IMG/VR virus record: IMGVR_UViG_3300042905_003904
Span: 1-64,000 of that record
Origin: a virus
Reading direction: 5' to 3' (one strand)
DNA: 64,000 nucleotides
Part shown: piece after piece, positions 55,502-64,000 of the stretch
How positions within the stretch are numbered: the stretch's first letter is position 1
Layout: every line of letters starts with the position of its first letter
Position numbers and translations under genes: made by a program
The notes under the pieces: generated by a model
Told to the model about the DNA's origin: nothing
The model's database searches: none
Seen by the model: the letters and a program-made list of their open reading frames with translations, nothing else

Positions 55502-55840
55502 ATGAATGATATTTGTGTTTATTGCGGAAAGGGAACAACTTATATCCGAAGGACTCCTTGGACTGGATTAGAGTCTTCAACTATAAAAATTCGTTCCTGG
55601 AATCATGGATTAGATGGTCCTGAAATCGTTAGATGCCATACCTGCGGACCACGACCCATTAAATATAGATTGTTTGCTGAATGGAGATATATTAAACGAG
55701 TTTGTAGGGCTATATATCGAGAAATTTTATTTAGATTTTTTCCCAAAGAACGTTGGTGGAATGCCTTCTATAGACCGGCAGCATCCCAAATTCAATGGGA
55801 AAAATATTTTGCGCATAAAAGACCACAACCCAATGAATAA
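55502..55840 (+). CDS. Hypothetical protein
   Basis: CVYC...CHTC; 112 aa. Confidence 0.5.
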   Translation: MNDICVYCGKGTTYIRRTPWTGLESSTIKIRSWNHGLDGPEIVRCHTCGPRPIKYRLFAEWRYIKRVCRAIYREILFRFFPKERWWNAFYRPAASQIQWEKYFAHKRPQPNE

Positions 55841-55844
55841 GACC

Positions 55845-56128
55845 TACCTTGTTTTCACTCACTACGATTTAGAGGAGAAGATTAATTTATGAACCGAAAA
55901 TCAAAAGGGGTATTTAAATATCCAACACTCCAACAAGAGCCCTCATCCGAATTAATCCAAAAATATATGCAAGATAATCCTGGGTTAGGATTTTATGCCT
56001 CTCGTGAAAGATTGCGAGAACAGGCTTACGGCGGAAAGGCTCCCAACGGATTCCAAAGTTGGGGTGATTATTGGAAGACTTACTAAAATGACTAAAACTT
56101 ACCTTGTTTTCACTCACTACGATTTAGA
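55845..56128 (+). repeat. 29-bp perfect direct repeat (55845-55873 and 56100-56128) flanking a small gene
   Basis: TACCTTGTTTTCACTCACTACGATTTAGA twice; it encodes the start of the DHH gene. Confidence 0.92.
55889..56086 (+). CDS. Small inserted hypothetical protein
   Basis: 65 aa between the repeats, preceded by GAGGAG. Confidence 0.65.
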   Translation: MNRKSKGVFKYPTLQQEPSSELIQKYMQDNPGLGFYASRERLREQAYGGKAPNGFQSWGDYWKTY

Positions 56129-56984
56129 CGGGGTGGTTAGTCTCCTAGCCTTTCAATGGGCCCGGCCTGGTTGTAAGATCATTTCTTATCCGATGTCTAA
56201 TTTAGATGTGGGCAATGGTAAAATTAAGAAAATTTATGACACAGAAGGCGGTTCGAATTTTTCGGTAGTTTTATTAGATTTGGCTTTGCGCGAAGAATTC
56301 CTAGATATGGATCTTCCTAATGTAACCATTATTGATCATCATGCTTCTTCGGCTGATGTTATTCCTAAATTCAAAAAAGCTAAGATCCTCTGGAAGGATA
56401 CCACCTCTTGTGCTAAGTGGATCTATGAAAATTTCTTAAAGGATAAGAATCTCAGCAAAGAACAGAAGGCTTTAATTGCCTTGGCTGATGATTTTGATTG
56501 TTATGCTCTGAAGGATCCTCGTTCCTACCAACTCAACATGGTATTTTGGGAATGTTACCGCAATAAGTGGGAAACTTTTGTTCGGGATTATAGAGATGGA
56601 TTTGTTTCTTTTAGTTTGATGCAGATTAAGCAAATTGAATCTGTTTTAAGGATTGCTGATATCCAAGCAGAGAATACTAAAGCCTATATTGGGAACGTTA
56701 TTATAGAAGGAAAAGAACAATGTGTAGCAGCCTTTCAGTTGGAGCGAAATACTTCCCAACTAATGGATGCCTTACAGCGAATGTATCCAGAACAACAAGC
56801 TTATTTCTTTATCAACACCAAAACTGGACGAATTAGTTTGAGGAGTAATATGAAACACCCAGATAAAGTAGATGTTAAAACATTTGCAGAGAAGTATTGT
56901 GAAGGTGCTGGACATGTTTATGCTTCTGGTGGCAAAATTACCGAGAAATTTTTGGAAATTACTAAGAATTTGCACCAGGTTTAG
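56088..56984 (+). CDS. DHH-family phosphoesterase
   Basis: THYDLDG, LLDL, IDHH, D..D, SLRS, GAGH..ASGG. Confidence 0.88.
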   Translation: MTKTYLVFTHYDLDGVVSLLAFQWARPGCKIISYPMSNLDVGNGKIKKIYDTEGGSNFSVVLLDLALREEFLDMDLPNVTIIDHHASSADVIPKFKKAKILWKDTTSCAKWIYENFLKDKNLSKEQKALIALADDFDCYALKDPRSYQLNMVFWECYRNKWETFVRDYRDGFVSFSLMQIKQIESVLRIADIQAENTKAYIGNVIIEGKEQCVAAFQLERNTSQLMDALQRMYPEQQAYFFINTKTGRISLRSNMKHPDKVDVKTFAEKYCEGAGHVYASGGKITEKFLEITKNLHQV

Positions 56985-57041
56985 GATAAGTATTAGACCA
57001 TTAAATGGTGCCTTAGTTCTTTGTTAGGATAATTATGGGTA

Positions 57042-57386
57042 ATGATTATCACCAGCGCACAGCAGATTGAAGATTTCACCAATCCAGGGAACGCCTTTGA
57101 TACCACAGAATTTGAAGACATTGCTTTAAAGTTTGGATCCTTTGTTTGTATTGCTAGAGGAAAGAAACTGAATTTCCTCAATTTTCTGAAGTTGTTCTTA
57201 GAAGATCAGAAAACTCAAAAAATCTTCATGGAGCTACTTGAAGATACTAATCTTCATGCTATTATTAAAGCATACATTAACTGTGCGCCGAATCTTTACA
57301 AACGACTCTTCCGCTCAAAATTAAACCGAAAAAACCGCAACCTAAAAACGAATAAACCGCTTCTTGAACCCGCTAACCCCAACTGA
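57042..57386 (+). CDS. Hypothetical protein
   Basis: 114-aa ORF upstream of the gp32 region. Confidence 0.6.
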   Translation: MIITSAQQIEDFTNPGNAFDTTEFEDIALKFGSFVCIARGKKLNFLNFLKLFLEDQKTQKIFMELLEDTNLHAIIKAYINCAPNLYKRLFRSKLNRKNRNLKTNKPLLEPANPN

Positions 57387-58023
57387 ACAAAACCTTTACA
57401 ATACCTATCTCAAACACTCGAGGAAAGGGCAAGCATGGACGCCTCGAAAGAACTTTGAAGATCTGTCCGCTACTATTGTTAGCCCCTTAAAGAAACTAAG
57501 TCTGTTTCTTTCTAAGTATCCCCAAATCAACTGGGAAGAATATTTTGCAGCCCCTAATGTTTTACATCCAGAGGATCGTTATCCAACATTAGACACGTTT
57601 GCTTCCAGGGTCGGCATTCGAAACTATCAGCTTTACAAGAAGCACCAAGAAAACCAATCTCCAGAAAGTCATTTGGATGAAATTAAGAAGGGATTGAAGT
57701 TTATTGGGATGTTTTGTATCAAGAACAAAATTCCAGTGGAGAAATATCTCCAGCACAAGAACGGCCTGATGCCAAGTTGGACGATGCATTATCGGGAGCA
57801 CAATATCAGCCCCTATTGTCTCTTTGAATTGGGAGCCAATGATTTTTACAATTTAACCGAAGAAGAACAGGCCTATTGGGCGCCTGATTTGATTAACACT
57901 TTAGACATACTGAAAACTAGATATCATCAGTCCTCAAAAATAAAAGGTCTGGTGCAAGAAATAACTCATAAGATTAAGAATTTTGTAAGTTCCGAGTTGA
58001 GTAAGTCTAATTCCCAAACATAA
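57364..58023 (+). CDS. Hypothetical protein (position suggests gp59-like helicase loader)
   Basis: Directly upstream of gp32 as in T4-like synteny; weak motif support. Confidence 0.45.
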   Translation: MNPLTPTEQNLYNTYLKHSRKGQAWTPRKNFEDLSATIVSPLKKLSLFLSKYPQINWEEYFAAPNVLHPEDRYPTLDTFASRVGIRNYQLYKKHQENQSPESHLDEIKKGLKFIGMFCIKNKIPVEKYLQHKNGLMPSWTMHYREHNISPYCLFELGANDFYNLTEEEQAYWAPDLINTLDILKTRYHQSSKIKGLVQEITHKIKNFVSSELSKSNSQT

Positions 58024-58053
58024 TAAACAACACAACCAATAAACACAACAACC

Positions 58054-58884
58054 ATGAAATACACCGCCTCACTATTCGACTCCATCAAAGGATCCTTAGC
58101 CAAGAAAGAACAAGAATCTGGATTTTCCGATTTCCTCAAGATGGAAATGGGTAAGACCTATGTCGTTCGCCTTCTGCCAAACCTAGAAGCCCCCGAACGC
58201 ACATTCTTCCACTATTATCATCACCTCTGGGACTCTGTCCTTGACGGTAAGAAAACCTCTTGTCTGTGTCCTACTACCTATGGAGAGAAGTGCCCCATTG
58301 ATGAATATCGTTCCAAGGTCTATAAGAAGAACAATGAAGCCGACATTAAGGCCATGCAGCCTATTCGTCGTAACGAAAACTGGTTGGTTAATGTTTTCGT
58401 GGTAACAGACCCAAGCAACCCAGAGAATGAAGGTCAGGTTAAGATTCTTCGTTATGGCAAACAGCTCGATAAGATTATTGATGCTGCAATGAACGGAGAA
58501 GACGCAGAAGAACTCGGTTCTAAGATCTTTGATGCTTCCGAAAACGGTTTGAATCTTCGTATTAAGTGTGAAAAGAACGAAGGAGGATTTCCAACCTATG
58601 TTTCCTCCAAGTTTATCACCAAGGCTAGCGCCTTGCCTGGTGTAGATAATGTGGAAGAGCTTTATGGCAATATCAAAGCCCTCGACACCATCTTCACCAA
58701 GAAGTCTTACGAAGAGATTAAGGAACAGTTTAACACTCATTATCTGGGTGTCGATTCTAAGAAGGCTGCCCCAATAGAAGTAAATGAGGACGACGAAGAT
58801 CCTGAACTGAAGGAAGCCGCAAAGCCTGACAAGGAAGAAGAAAATCCGGATGCAGCCCTTGATAAGCTGATTGCTGATCTCTAA
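58054..58884 (+). CDS. gp32: Single-stranded DNA-binding protein (gp32-like)
   Basis: VRLLP, H, CP.TYGEKCPI, NV.VV.DP.NPENEGQVK..RYGK, acidic tail. Confidence 0.92.
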   Translation: MKYTASLFDSIKGSLAKKEQESGFSDFLKMEMGKTYVVRLLPNLEAPERTFFHYYHHLWDSVLDGKKTSCLCPTTYGEKCPIDEYRSKVYKKNNEADIKAMQPIRRNENWLVNVFVVTDPSNPENEGQVKILRYGKQLDKIIDAAMNGEDAEELGSKIFDASENGLNLRIKCEKNEGGFPTYVSSKFITKASALPGVDNVEELYGNIKALDTIFTKKSYEEIKEQFNTHYLGVDSKKAAPIEVNEDDEDPELKEAAKPDKEEENPDAALDKLIADL

Positions 58885-59069
58885 AATGAATAAAGTTCCA
58901 ACACCCCCAACTCAACCAGACTTCTCCAAAATTAGTTGGGAAAGTGGAATGATGTGGGTGTTGGAACAACTTTTCAAAAATTGCAATAAAGAAGAATTGA
59001 AGAAACTACTAAACAAACGAAACAAATTAAACTAATTGATTTCCAAGAAAACTAAAATAAAATAAACAT

Positions 59070-59912
59070 ATGCCACGAATCAAAACAAACGACGATATCC
59101 CAGATGTTCAAAACGACACCGAGGGATTTGTGAAGAAGTATATTCCCAAGGTAGGAAGCCGAAACATTCGAGTTCCCTTGGAGATCGTAAGACGAGACGG
59201 GAGTGTGAACCCAACTTGTGGGGTGCTTAGCATCTACACAGATCTGGAAGCTGATAAAAAGGGAACTAACATGAGTCGATATCGCATCCTAGTGGAGGAA
59301 GCGGTAGCCAATAAGACTCATCGTATCGATGAATTGGTAGATTATCTCTTAGATGAATGCAAGAACCGTATTGGCTCACAAAACGCATACATCAAAGTGA
59401 ACTTCGAATACTTCCTCATCAAAGAAGCCCCGGTATCAAAGATCAAATCGCATATGAGCTATAAGGGTTCGTTTGCTGGAAAATTGGTGGATGGGGTTAA
59501 GCGGTTTTATTTAAGTGCTAATGTGCTATATGCGAGCTGCTGCGTGTGTTCAAAAAATATATCAGATTATGGCGCACACAATCAACAATCCTTTGCTGAT
59601 GTAACAGTTGAACTAGACCAAATCAAAGATCGTAATAATCTTTACTGGTTTGAAGAACTAGTAGAAGCTGTTGAGAAGAGTGTCTCTGCTCCAATGTGGA
59701 ATGCCCTAAAGCGAGTTGACGAGGCTTATGTTACGGAACTGATGTATGAACAAGCTTTGTTTATCGAAGATTGTGTGAGAAACATATCAACAGTATTAGA
59801 CGGAGAATTGGACAAGCGTATCAAGGACTATCTCGTTGTGTGTGAACATTTCGAGTCAATCCACCAAAGTCAAGTTTGCTCAGTAATTCATGCAAATCGA
59901 GAATTAAAGTAA
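59070..59912 (+). CDS. folE2: GTP cyclohydrolase type IB (FolE2)
   Basis: PDVQ, KVG, KGTNMSR, C.CSK.IS.YGAHNQ, LKR.DE..VTE, FIED.VR, ESIH. Confidence 0.92.
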   Translation: MPRIKTNDDIPDVQNDTEGFVKKYIPKVGSRNIRVPLEIVRRDGSVNPTCGVLSIYTDLEADKKGTNMSRYRILVEEAVANKTHRIDELVDYLLDECKNRIGSQNAYIKVNFEYFLIKEAPVSKIKSHMSYKGSFAGKLVDGVKRFYLSANVLYASCCVCSKNISDYGAHNQQSFADVTVELDQIKDRNNLYWFEELVEAVEKSVSAPMWNALKRVDEAYVTELMYEQALFIEDCVRNISTVLDGELDKRIKDYLVVCEHFESIHQSQVCSVIHANRELK

Positions 59913-59935
59913 TTAGGATTCTTAGATAAATCATC

Positions 59936-59972
59936 AAAATGGTTAGAAGAGCAGCTCTTCTAACCATTTTTT
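59936..59972 (+). terminator. Perfect 17-bp inverted repeat followed by a T-run (intrinsic terminator, possibly bidirectional)
   Basis: AAAATGGTTAGAAGAGC-A-GCTCTTCTAACCATTTT-TT. Confidence 0.75.
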
Positions 59973-60006
59973 GTTGTAATGGACATACTGTAGCATAAAT
60001 ATTATT

Positions 60007-61041
60007 ATGAATATAACTAAACATTTTGTGCCGACAAACCCACGGCCACCCACACACAATATTAAAGTGGTAGGACTTTTACCCTTTGATGCAAATGAAG
60101 AAGATACATTGAATATTAGTATGCCATTTCCAAAATGGAATGAATTGTCATGGCCCCAAAAATGGATACTTCGGAAAGGTGGTAAATTAGATTTACCCAA
60201 ACCAATACAGGGTGTAAAATCCCTTAAAGATACATCAATTAATGAATTGTTGATAATTCCAAAAATAAAACCAAATAATCCAGAATATACTTTAGATTTT
60301 TCCAAATATCGAACTTGTTTAGGATTTAAAAAGAAAACCAAAAATTGTTTATTGCCGGAAACTATTAATATGGATGGGGATTTTGCAGAATTGTGTGGAT
60401 TCATTATAGCAGAAGGAGGAACCTCCTGTAAACGAGATGGACGGGATAATTTGTTTCAATTGACATTTAATAAAAAAGAAACCGAATATATTGAATATGC
60501 TGCTAAAAATTTAGAAAAATACTTCAATATTAACCCCACAATTAGAAACAATAGTCATCAAAATTCTACAAATGTTTATGTTTCTTGTGAGGGATTGTCT
60601 CGGTGGTATATAGAAAATTTTAGACAGGTTGAAAATAAAAAGCCAGCCCAAACTAAAATTCCGAATTTTGTTTATCAATGGGATAATGAAATGATATGCA
60701 GGTTCATTATTGGATGGTATAAGGGCGACGGCAGCCACTCAAATTATCGAAAGATCCAACGCATTATTACAGTATCCAAAAAATCAGCCCAAGGATTACA
60801 ATATCTTGGGCTGATGATTGGATGTTTTATATCATTAACAACTTGTTTAGCAAAAAATAGCACAAGTATAACACACAAAGGATCAAAGGCGATGGTTCAA
60901 GACCAATATACATGTATATTAAATGGTGAAACGTTGTATAAACTAGGAATATTACAAGATGCTCCAAAGGTTAAAAATGGTAAATGGTATCAAGATGATG
61001 TTAATTTCTACCTCCCAATTACTTCTATTAATCCGATTTAA
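60007..61041 (+). CDS. LAGLIDADG homing endonuclease, intein-derived, free-standing
   Basis: FAELCGFIIAEGG and FIIGWYKGDGS; TVSKK.A.GLQ.L; degenerate intein-like flanks. Confidence 0.8.
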   Translation: MNITKHFVPTNPRPPTHNIKVVGLLPFDANEEDTLNISMPFPKWNELSWPQKWILRKGGKLDLPKPIQGVKSLKDTSINELLIIPKIKPNNPEYTLDFSKYRTCLGFKKKTKNCLLPETINMDGDFAELCGFIIAEGGTSCKRDGRDNLFQLTFNKKETEYIEYAAKNLEKYFNINPTIRNNSHQNSTNVYVSCEGLSRWYIENFRQVENKKPAQTKIPNFVYQWDNEMICRFIIGWYKGDGSHSNYRKIQRIITVSKKSAQGLQYLGLMIGCFISLTTCLAKNSTSITHKGSKAMVQDQYTCILNGETLYKLGILQDAPKVKNGKWYQDDVNFYLPITSINPI

Positions 61042-61078
61042 TCTAGCATTTCCACTGAAAAATCTTTAGAATAAGGGT

Positions 61079-61237
61079 ATGAATGAAATTATTACCCTAC
61101 AAGATATCAAAATGTTCCTAGAAGGCATCCTTAAAGATGAATTGTTTGCCGCGAATCCTGGGGTGTTTGCTTTATCTACCTTGCGTAGAATTCAAGAACA
61201 GGCCAAATACATCCTAGAAAATTGGAAAGATGAATGA
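61079..61237 (+). CDS. Small hypothetical protein (52 aa)
   Basis: TAGAAT 6 nt upstream of ATG; overlaps the next gene. Confidence 0.45.
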   Translation: MNEIITLQDIKMFLEGILKDELFAANPGVFALSTLRRIQEQAKYILENWKDE

Positions 61238-61655
61238 CTTCTTTCCAACTCTAATACTTGGCCACTTTATTGGGGACTACCTCCTCCAAAATAAATGGAT
61301 GGCTATGAATAAATCCGGCAGCACCTGGAAATGTGCGGTTCATTGTCTGATTTATACCCTAGCGGTTACTTTAACCACCTGGTCGAGTATTCATTCTTGG
61401 TCCTGGTCTTTGTTTATATTTCTATCCCACTTTCCGATCGATCGTTGGAGTTTGGCTGATAAATGGTTGGACCTGATTAACGGTCGATCTTTGCGGGATT
61501 TTATAGTCAATGGAAAGAAGGATATTCCCACAGATTTAGACTACGAAAATTACCACACTTTGCGCGCCGGGTTTACCGCTTTAGTTTATGTGGCTGCCGA
61601 TAACACTATGCACTTAGTTACAATGTATTATGGAGGTAAACTTCTATGGGTATGA
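61230..61655 (+). CDS. DUF3307-like membrane protein
   Basis: GHFIGDYLLQ..WMA..K, HCLIY, HFPID, DNTMH. Confidence 0.8.
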   Translation: MNDFFPTLILGHFIGDYLLQNKWMAMNKSGSTWKCAVHCLIYTLAVTLTTWSSIHSWSWSLFIFLSHFPIDRWSLADKWLDLINGRSLRDFIVNGKKDIPTDLDYENYHTLRAGFTALVYVAADNTMHLVTMYYGGKLLWV

Positions 61656-61972
61656 GATTATTCAGAGGAGGCAGCTCAGCTTGCAAAAGCTTTCAGACAA
61701 ATCCAACATACGACCCACCAGAACCAGATCCTAAGAATTTTAGGGTCTTAGAAGAAATGGTTATTGGTGGACGAAGCATCCTATTGGTCTATTATCCAGG
61801 CTGCACTACTTTTGAGGGGAAGAAACTACTTCTGCTGAAGTTTAAGTGGAATAGTAATTCCAAGGAAATCCTAGACCCACATTTGTTAGGCGGAAAGCAT
61901 CCGGTAATTGCTCGATTCGAACCCAATGAACAAGGTTGGGCACTAGCAAAAGCCTGCGCAAGAATGTTGTAA
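61646..61972 (+). CDS. Conserved hypothetical phage protein
   Basis: PDPKNF, YPGCTTFEGKK, LDPH, PVIARFEP...GW. Confidence 0.7.
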   Translation: MGMRLFRGGSSACKSFQTNPTYDPPEPDPKNFRVLEEMVIGGRSILLVYYPGCTTFEGKKLLLLKFKWNSNSKEILDPHLLGGKHPVIARFEPNEQGWALAKACARML

Positions 61973-62013
61973 ATTTCCCTAGACATTAGCAATAGTTGAT
62001 TTAAGATAGACAT

Positions 62014-62694
62014 ATGAGTAACAATCGCGGAGAAGTAATTGCGGCTGCTTCCTTAGCCAAACTAATGGCTGGGGAATTGCATCAAGTAGATCAAATGTCC
62101 ATAGATGGAAACCCAAGCAGACGGGCTAATCAAATTGATATGAATCGCTTTGTTGCGCCTTTAATTGGAAATCAGAGTAACCAACAGCCGCGGAATTTTG
62201 CCTATGTAGATGAAGCCTTGGTCCAGTCTATGGTTCCTGATAGCACGATAGGATCAAGACCAGCACCACCGGATTTGATTCCAATGCCATCTGGATACGA
62301 GAGTAAACCACAATTACCTCAAAGTGTTTTACAAGTTCCTTCCGAACATCCACTAGGACATACAAGGCAACTTCCACCTCAGCCAGCAAATCCAATTGCT
62401 TTGGGGGTTGGAATGGATGACGTCACTAAGGGTAACATTGCTAGTATTGCGAATAACCTAGTATTACTGCGAAAGGACTTTGCTAAGGTATTGGGTCCAT
62501 TGCTTTCGTTCCTGAAACAACATGAACCGACCATGTTAAATGAAACTAAGAGGGTAGATATCTCTAGTTTAACTCCACTGGTAGGAATGATAGATTCCTT
62601 TACAAGGGAGACTGTTCCTGATGGTAAAGGTGGATCTGCGGTAGTGGATTCTTATAAAGAACCCCAACAAGTTTCTAAAAAAAAAGGAAAGTAA
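62014..62694 (+). CDS. Pro/Gln-rich hypothetical protein
   Basis: 226-aa ORF upstream of the clamp gene. Confidence 0.65.
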   Translation: MSNNRGEVIAAASLAKLMAGELHQVDQMSIDGNPSRRANQIDMNRFVAPLIGNQSNQQPRNFAYVDEALVQSMVPDSTIGSRPAPPDLIPMPSGYESKPQLPQSVLQVPSEHPLGHTRQLPPQPANPIALGVGMDDVTKGNIASIANNLVLLRKDFAKVLGPLLSFLKQHEPTMLNETKRVDISSLTPLVGMIDSFTRETVPDGKGGSAVVDSYKEPQQVSKKKGK

Positions 62695-62697
62695 CAC

Positions 62698-63453
62698 ATG
62701 GCTCAACAAATTATCCCAGTTCCTAAGTCGATTTTGGAGAAAATCCTGACTCCTATCAATCGAATTACTGAAGGATGCGTTCTTAAATTAGACAAAACTC
62801 AAATTTATTCGATTTGCTCGTCTGCTGACAACACAGTGCTGCTCTATGCTCGCGCGGAATTACCAGCTACCATTGAGCCGTCCTTGCGTTTGAATCTAAA
62901 TTCCACTAAGAAGCTCCTTCTTGGGTTAGAATGCTTGGGATCTGATGGTATTTTCACTTTAAAATATGATGTAAATCATATCAAATGTGAAATGAAGCAG
63001 GAGGAAACCAACGAAAAGTCGCATTTTAAGTATCATTTGGTGGATGATTCCGTGTTAAGAGAGGCTCAAATTAACCTGGGAAAAATTGCCAAATTGGAAT
63101 TTCATACGGAATTTGTGCTCACTCCCGCGAAATTAAGACAGTTGGTGGCTGGATATTCCTTCGTTTCAGACCTAACTAAGATTTATTTTAGGACGGAAAG
63201 TGGGAAAGTCTATGCTGAAGTAGATGATAAAACTCTACAAAATGTGGACAATATTACCTTAGTGGCTTCCTCAGCTTATAAGGGGCAAGAATTAACCACG
63301 CCCCTTCCAGTGAATATGGAGGTTTTTAAGATTCTAACCTCCAGTAAAACGGATGTGACTGTAAAAATCAATAAAGATGTAAAGGTCTTAATTTTCCAGA
63401 GCAATGAAGATGGCGTGGAATTAAAATATATCATTTCAGCTTTGGTAAGATAA
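62698..63453 (+). CDS. gp45: Sliding clamp (gp45/PCNA-like)
   Basis: 251 aa alpha/beta pattern ending LKYIISAL; replication context. Confidence 0.7.
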   Translation: MAQQIIPVPKSILEKILTPINRITEGCVLKLDKTQIYSICSSADNTVLLYARAELPATIEPSLRLNLNSTKKLLLGLECLGSDGIFTLKYDVNHIKCEMKQEETNEKSHFKYHLVDDSVLREAQINLGKIAKLEFHTEFVLTPAKLRQLVAGYSFVSDLTKIYFRTESGKVYAEVDDKTLQNVDNITLVASSAYKGQELTTPLPVNMEVFKILTSSKTDVTVKINKDVKVLIFQSNEDGVELKYIISALVR

Positions 63454-63462
63454 ATAATCCAT

Positions 63463-63774
63463 ATGGGCTCTAATAAAGTTACCACTTGTAGTTATTGCAT
63501 TAAAAGACTCAGAGATTGCGGTTATGTGGTGGACAGGCTGTTTGATCGATACCACGAATCTGATCCCCGGGCATGGACTATTATTCTAGACCCAGGAGTT
63601 GCTTCTGTTATTATTACTTTGGTGTCGGATCCCGAAGATGAATATTTTGAACTGAGTGATAGTGGTCGCTATATCCCAAACGGGTTCAAAATTAAAACCA
63701 GCTCTATTGAAGTGTTGGTGGAGTATCTGGTGAAATTTGGGATTAACAATAAATCAGCCACCTATCATGCCTAA
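63463..63774 (+). CDS. Hypothetical protein
   Basis: IKRLRDCGY...DPRAWTIILDPG; TAAATA upstream. Confidence 0.65.
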   Translation: MGSNKVTTCSYCIKRLRDCGYVVDRLFDRYHESDPRAWTIILDPGVASVIITLVSDPEDEYFELSDSGRYIPNGFKIKTSSIEVLVEYLVKFGINNKSATYHA

Positions 63775-64000
63775 AAAGAAGCCAGCTAAAACTACGATGC
63801 CTCAGGCGTCTGCTTTGTCTTTAAATGATATTCAGAAGAAACTACCATTTACCAAACCAGAAAAGACTCTTAAACTATCCGCCGAGGAATTTAATGATCT
63901 GATTACTCAACAGGTTCAACTGCATTTAAATAAGGCCAAGCAAGAAGAAACCATTCAGCGGAATATTGAGTCCACGAAAGATTTAGAGAATTTGCACAAT
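63767..64000 (+). CDS. Hypothetical protein, runs off window
   Basis: Open frame from ATG 63767 (MPKKKPAK...). Confidence 0.55.
   Translation, partial: MPKKKPAKTTMPQASALSLNDIQKKLPFTKPEKTLKLSAEEFNDLITQQVQLHLNKAKQEETIQRNIESTKDLENLHN

Noticed and set aside
1-64000. Stop-codon reassignment
   Set aside because: Core genes are full length in the standard code and TAA, TAG and TGA all end genes

Overview
This window is a 64-kb segment of a large, AT-rich, T4-like (gp55/gp45/gp46-47/gp32/gp41/gp43/gp61/UvsWXY-type) lytic phage genome read in the standard genetic code. It holds the replication, recombination and late-transcription core plus five accessory components. (1) A dispersed but apparently complete 7-deazaguanine pathway: FolE2, QueD, QueE, QueC and a TGT/DpdA-like protein. 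QueC is in an operon with a glycosyltransferase, a class-II glutamine amidotransferase that appears to start at ATT, and a DUF366 ligase-fold protein. (2) A 13-gene glycan-synthesis island between gp47 and gp46. (3) A GC-rich island of about 6.8 kb encoding adhesin-like proteins (two LamG lectins, a beta-helix repeat protein), built from repeat-bounded duplicated modules. (4) A lysis region with a u-spanin-like lipoprotein, a GC-rich holin and M15 endolysin, and an adjacent stand-alone PAS protein. (5) Several homing endonucleases, one of them apparently a decayed intein. Across the window, -10-type promoter hexamers sit 5-7 nt upstream of start codons, which suggests largely leaderless mRNAs. 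I found no tRNA, rRNA, CRISPR array, integrase or reverse transcriptase. All family calls come from motif recognition by eye, not from database searches.
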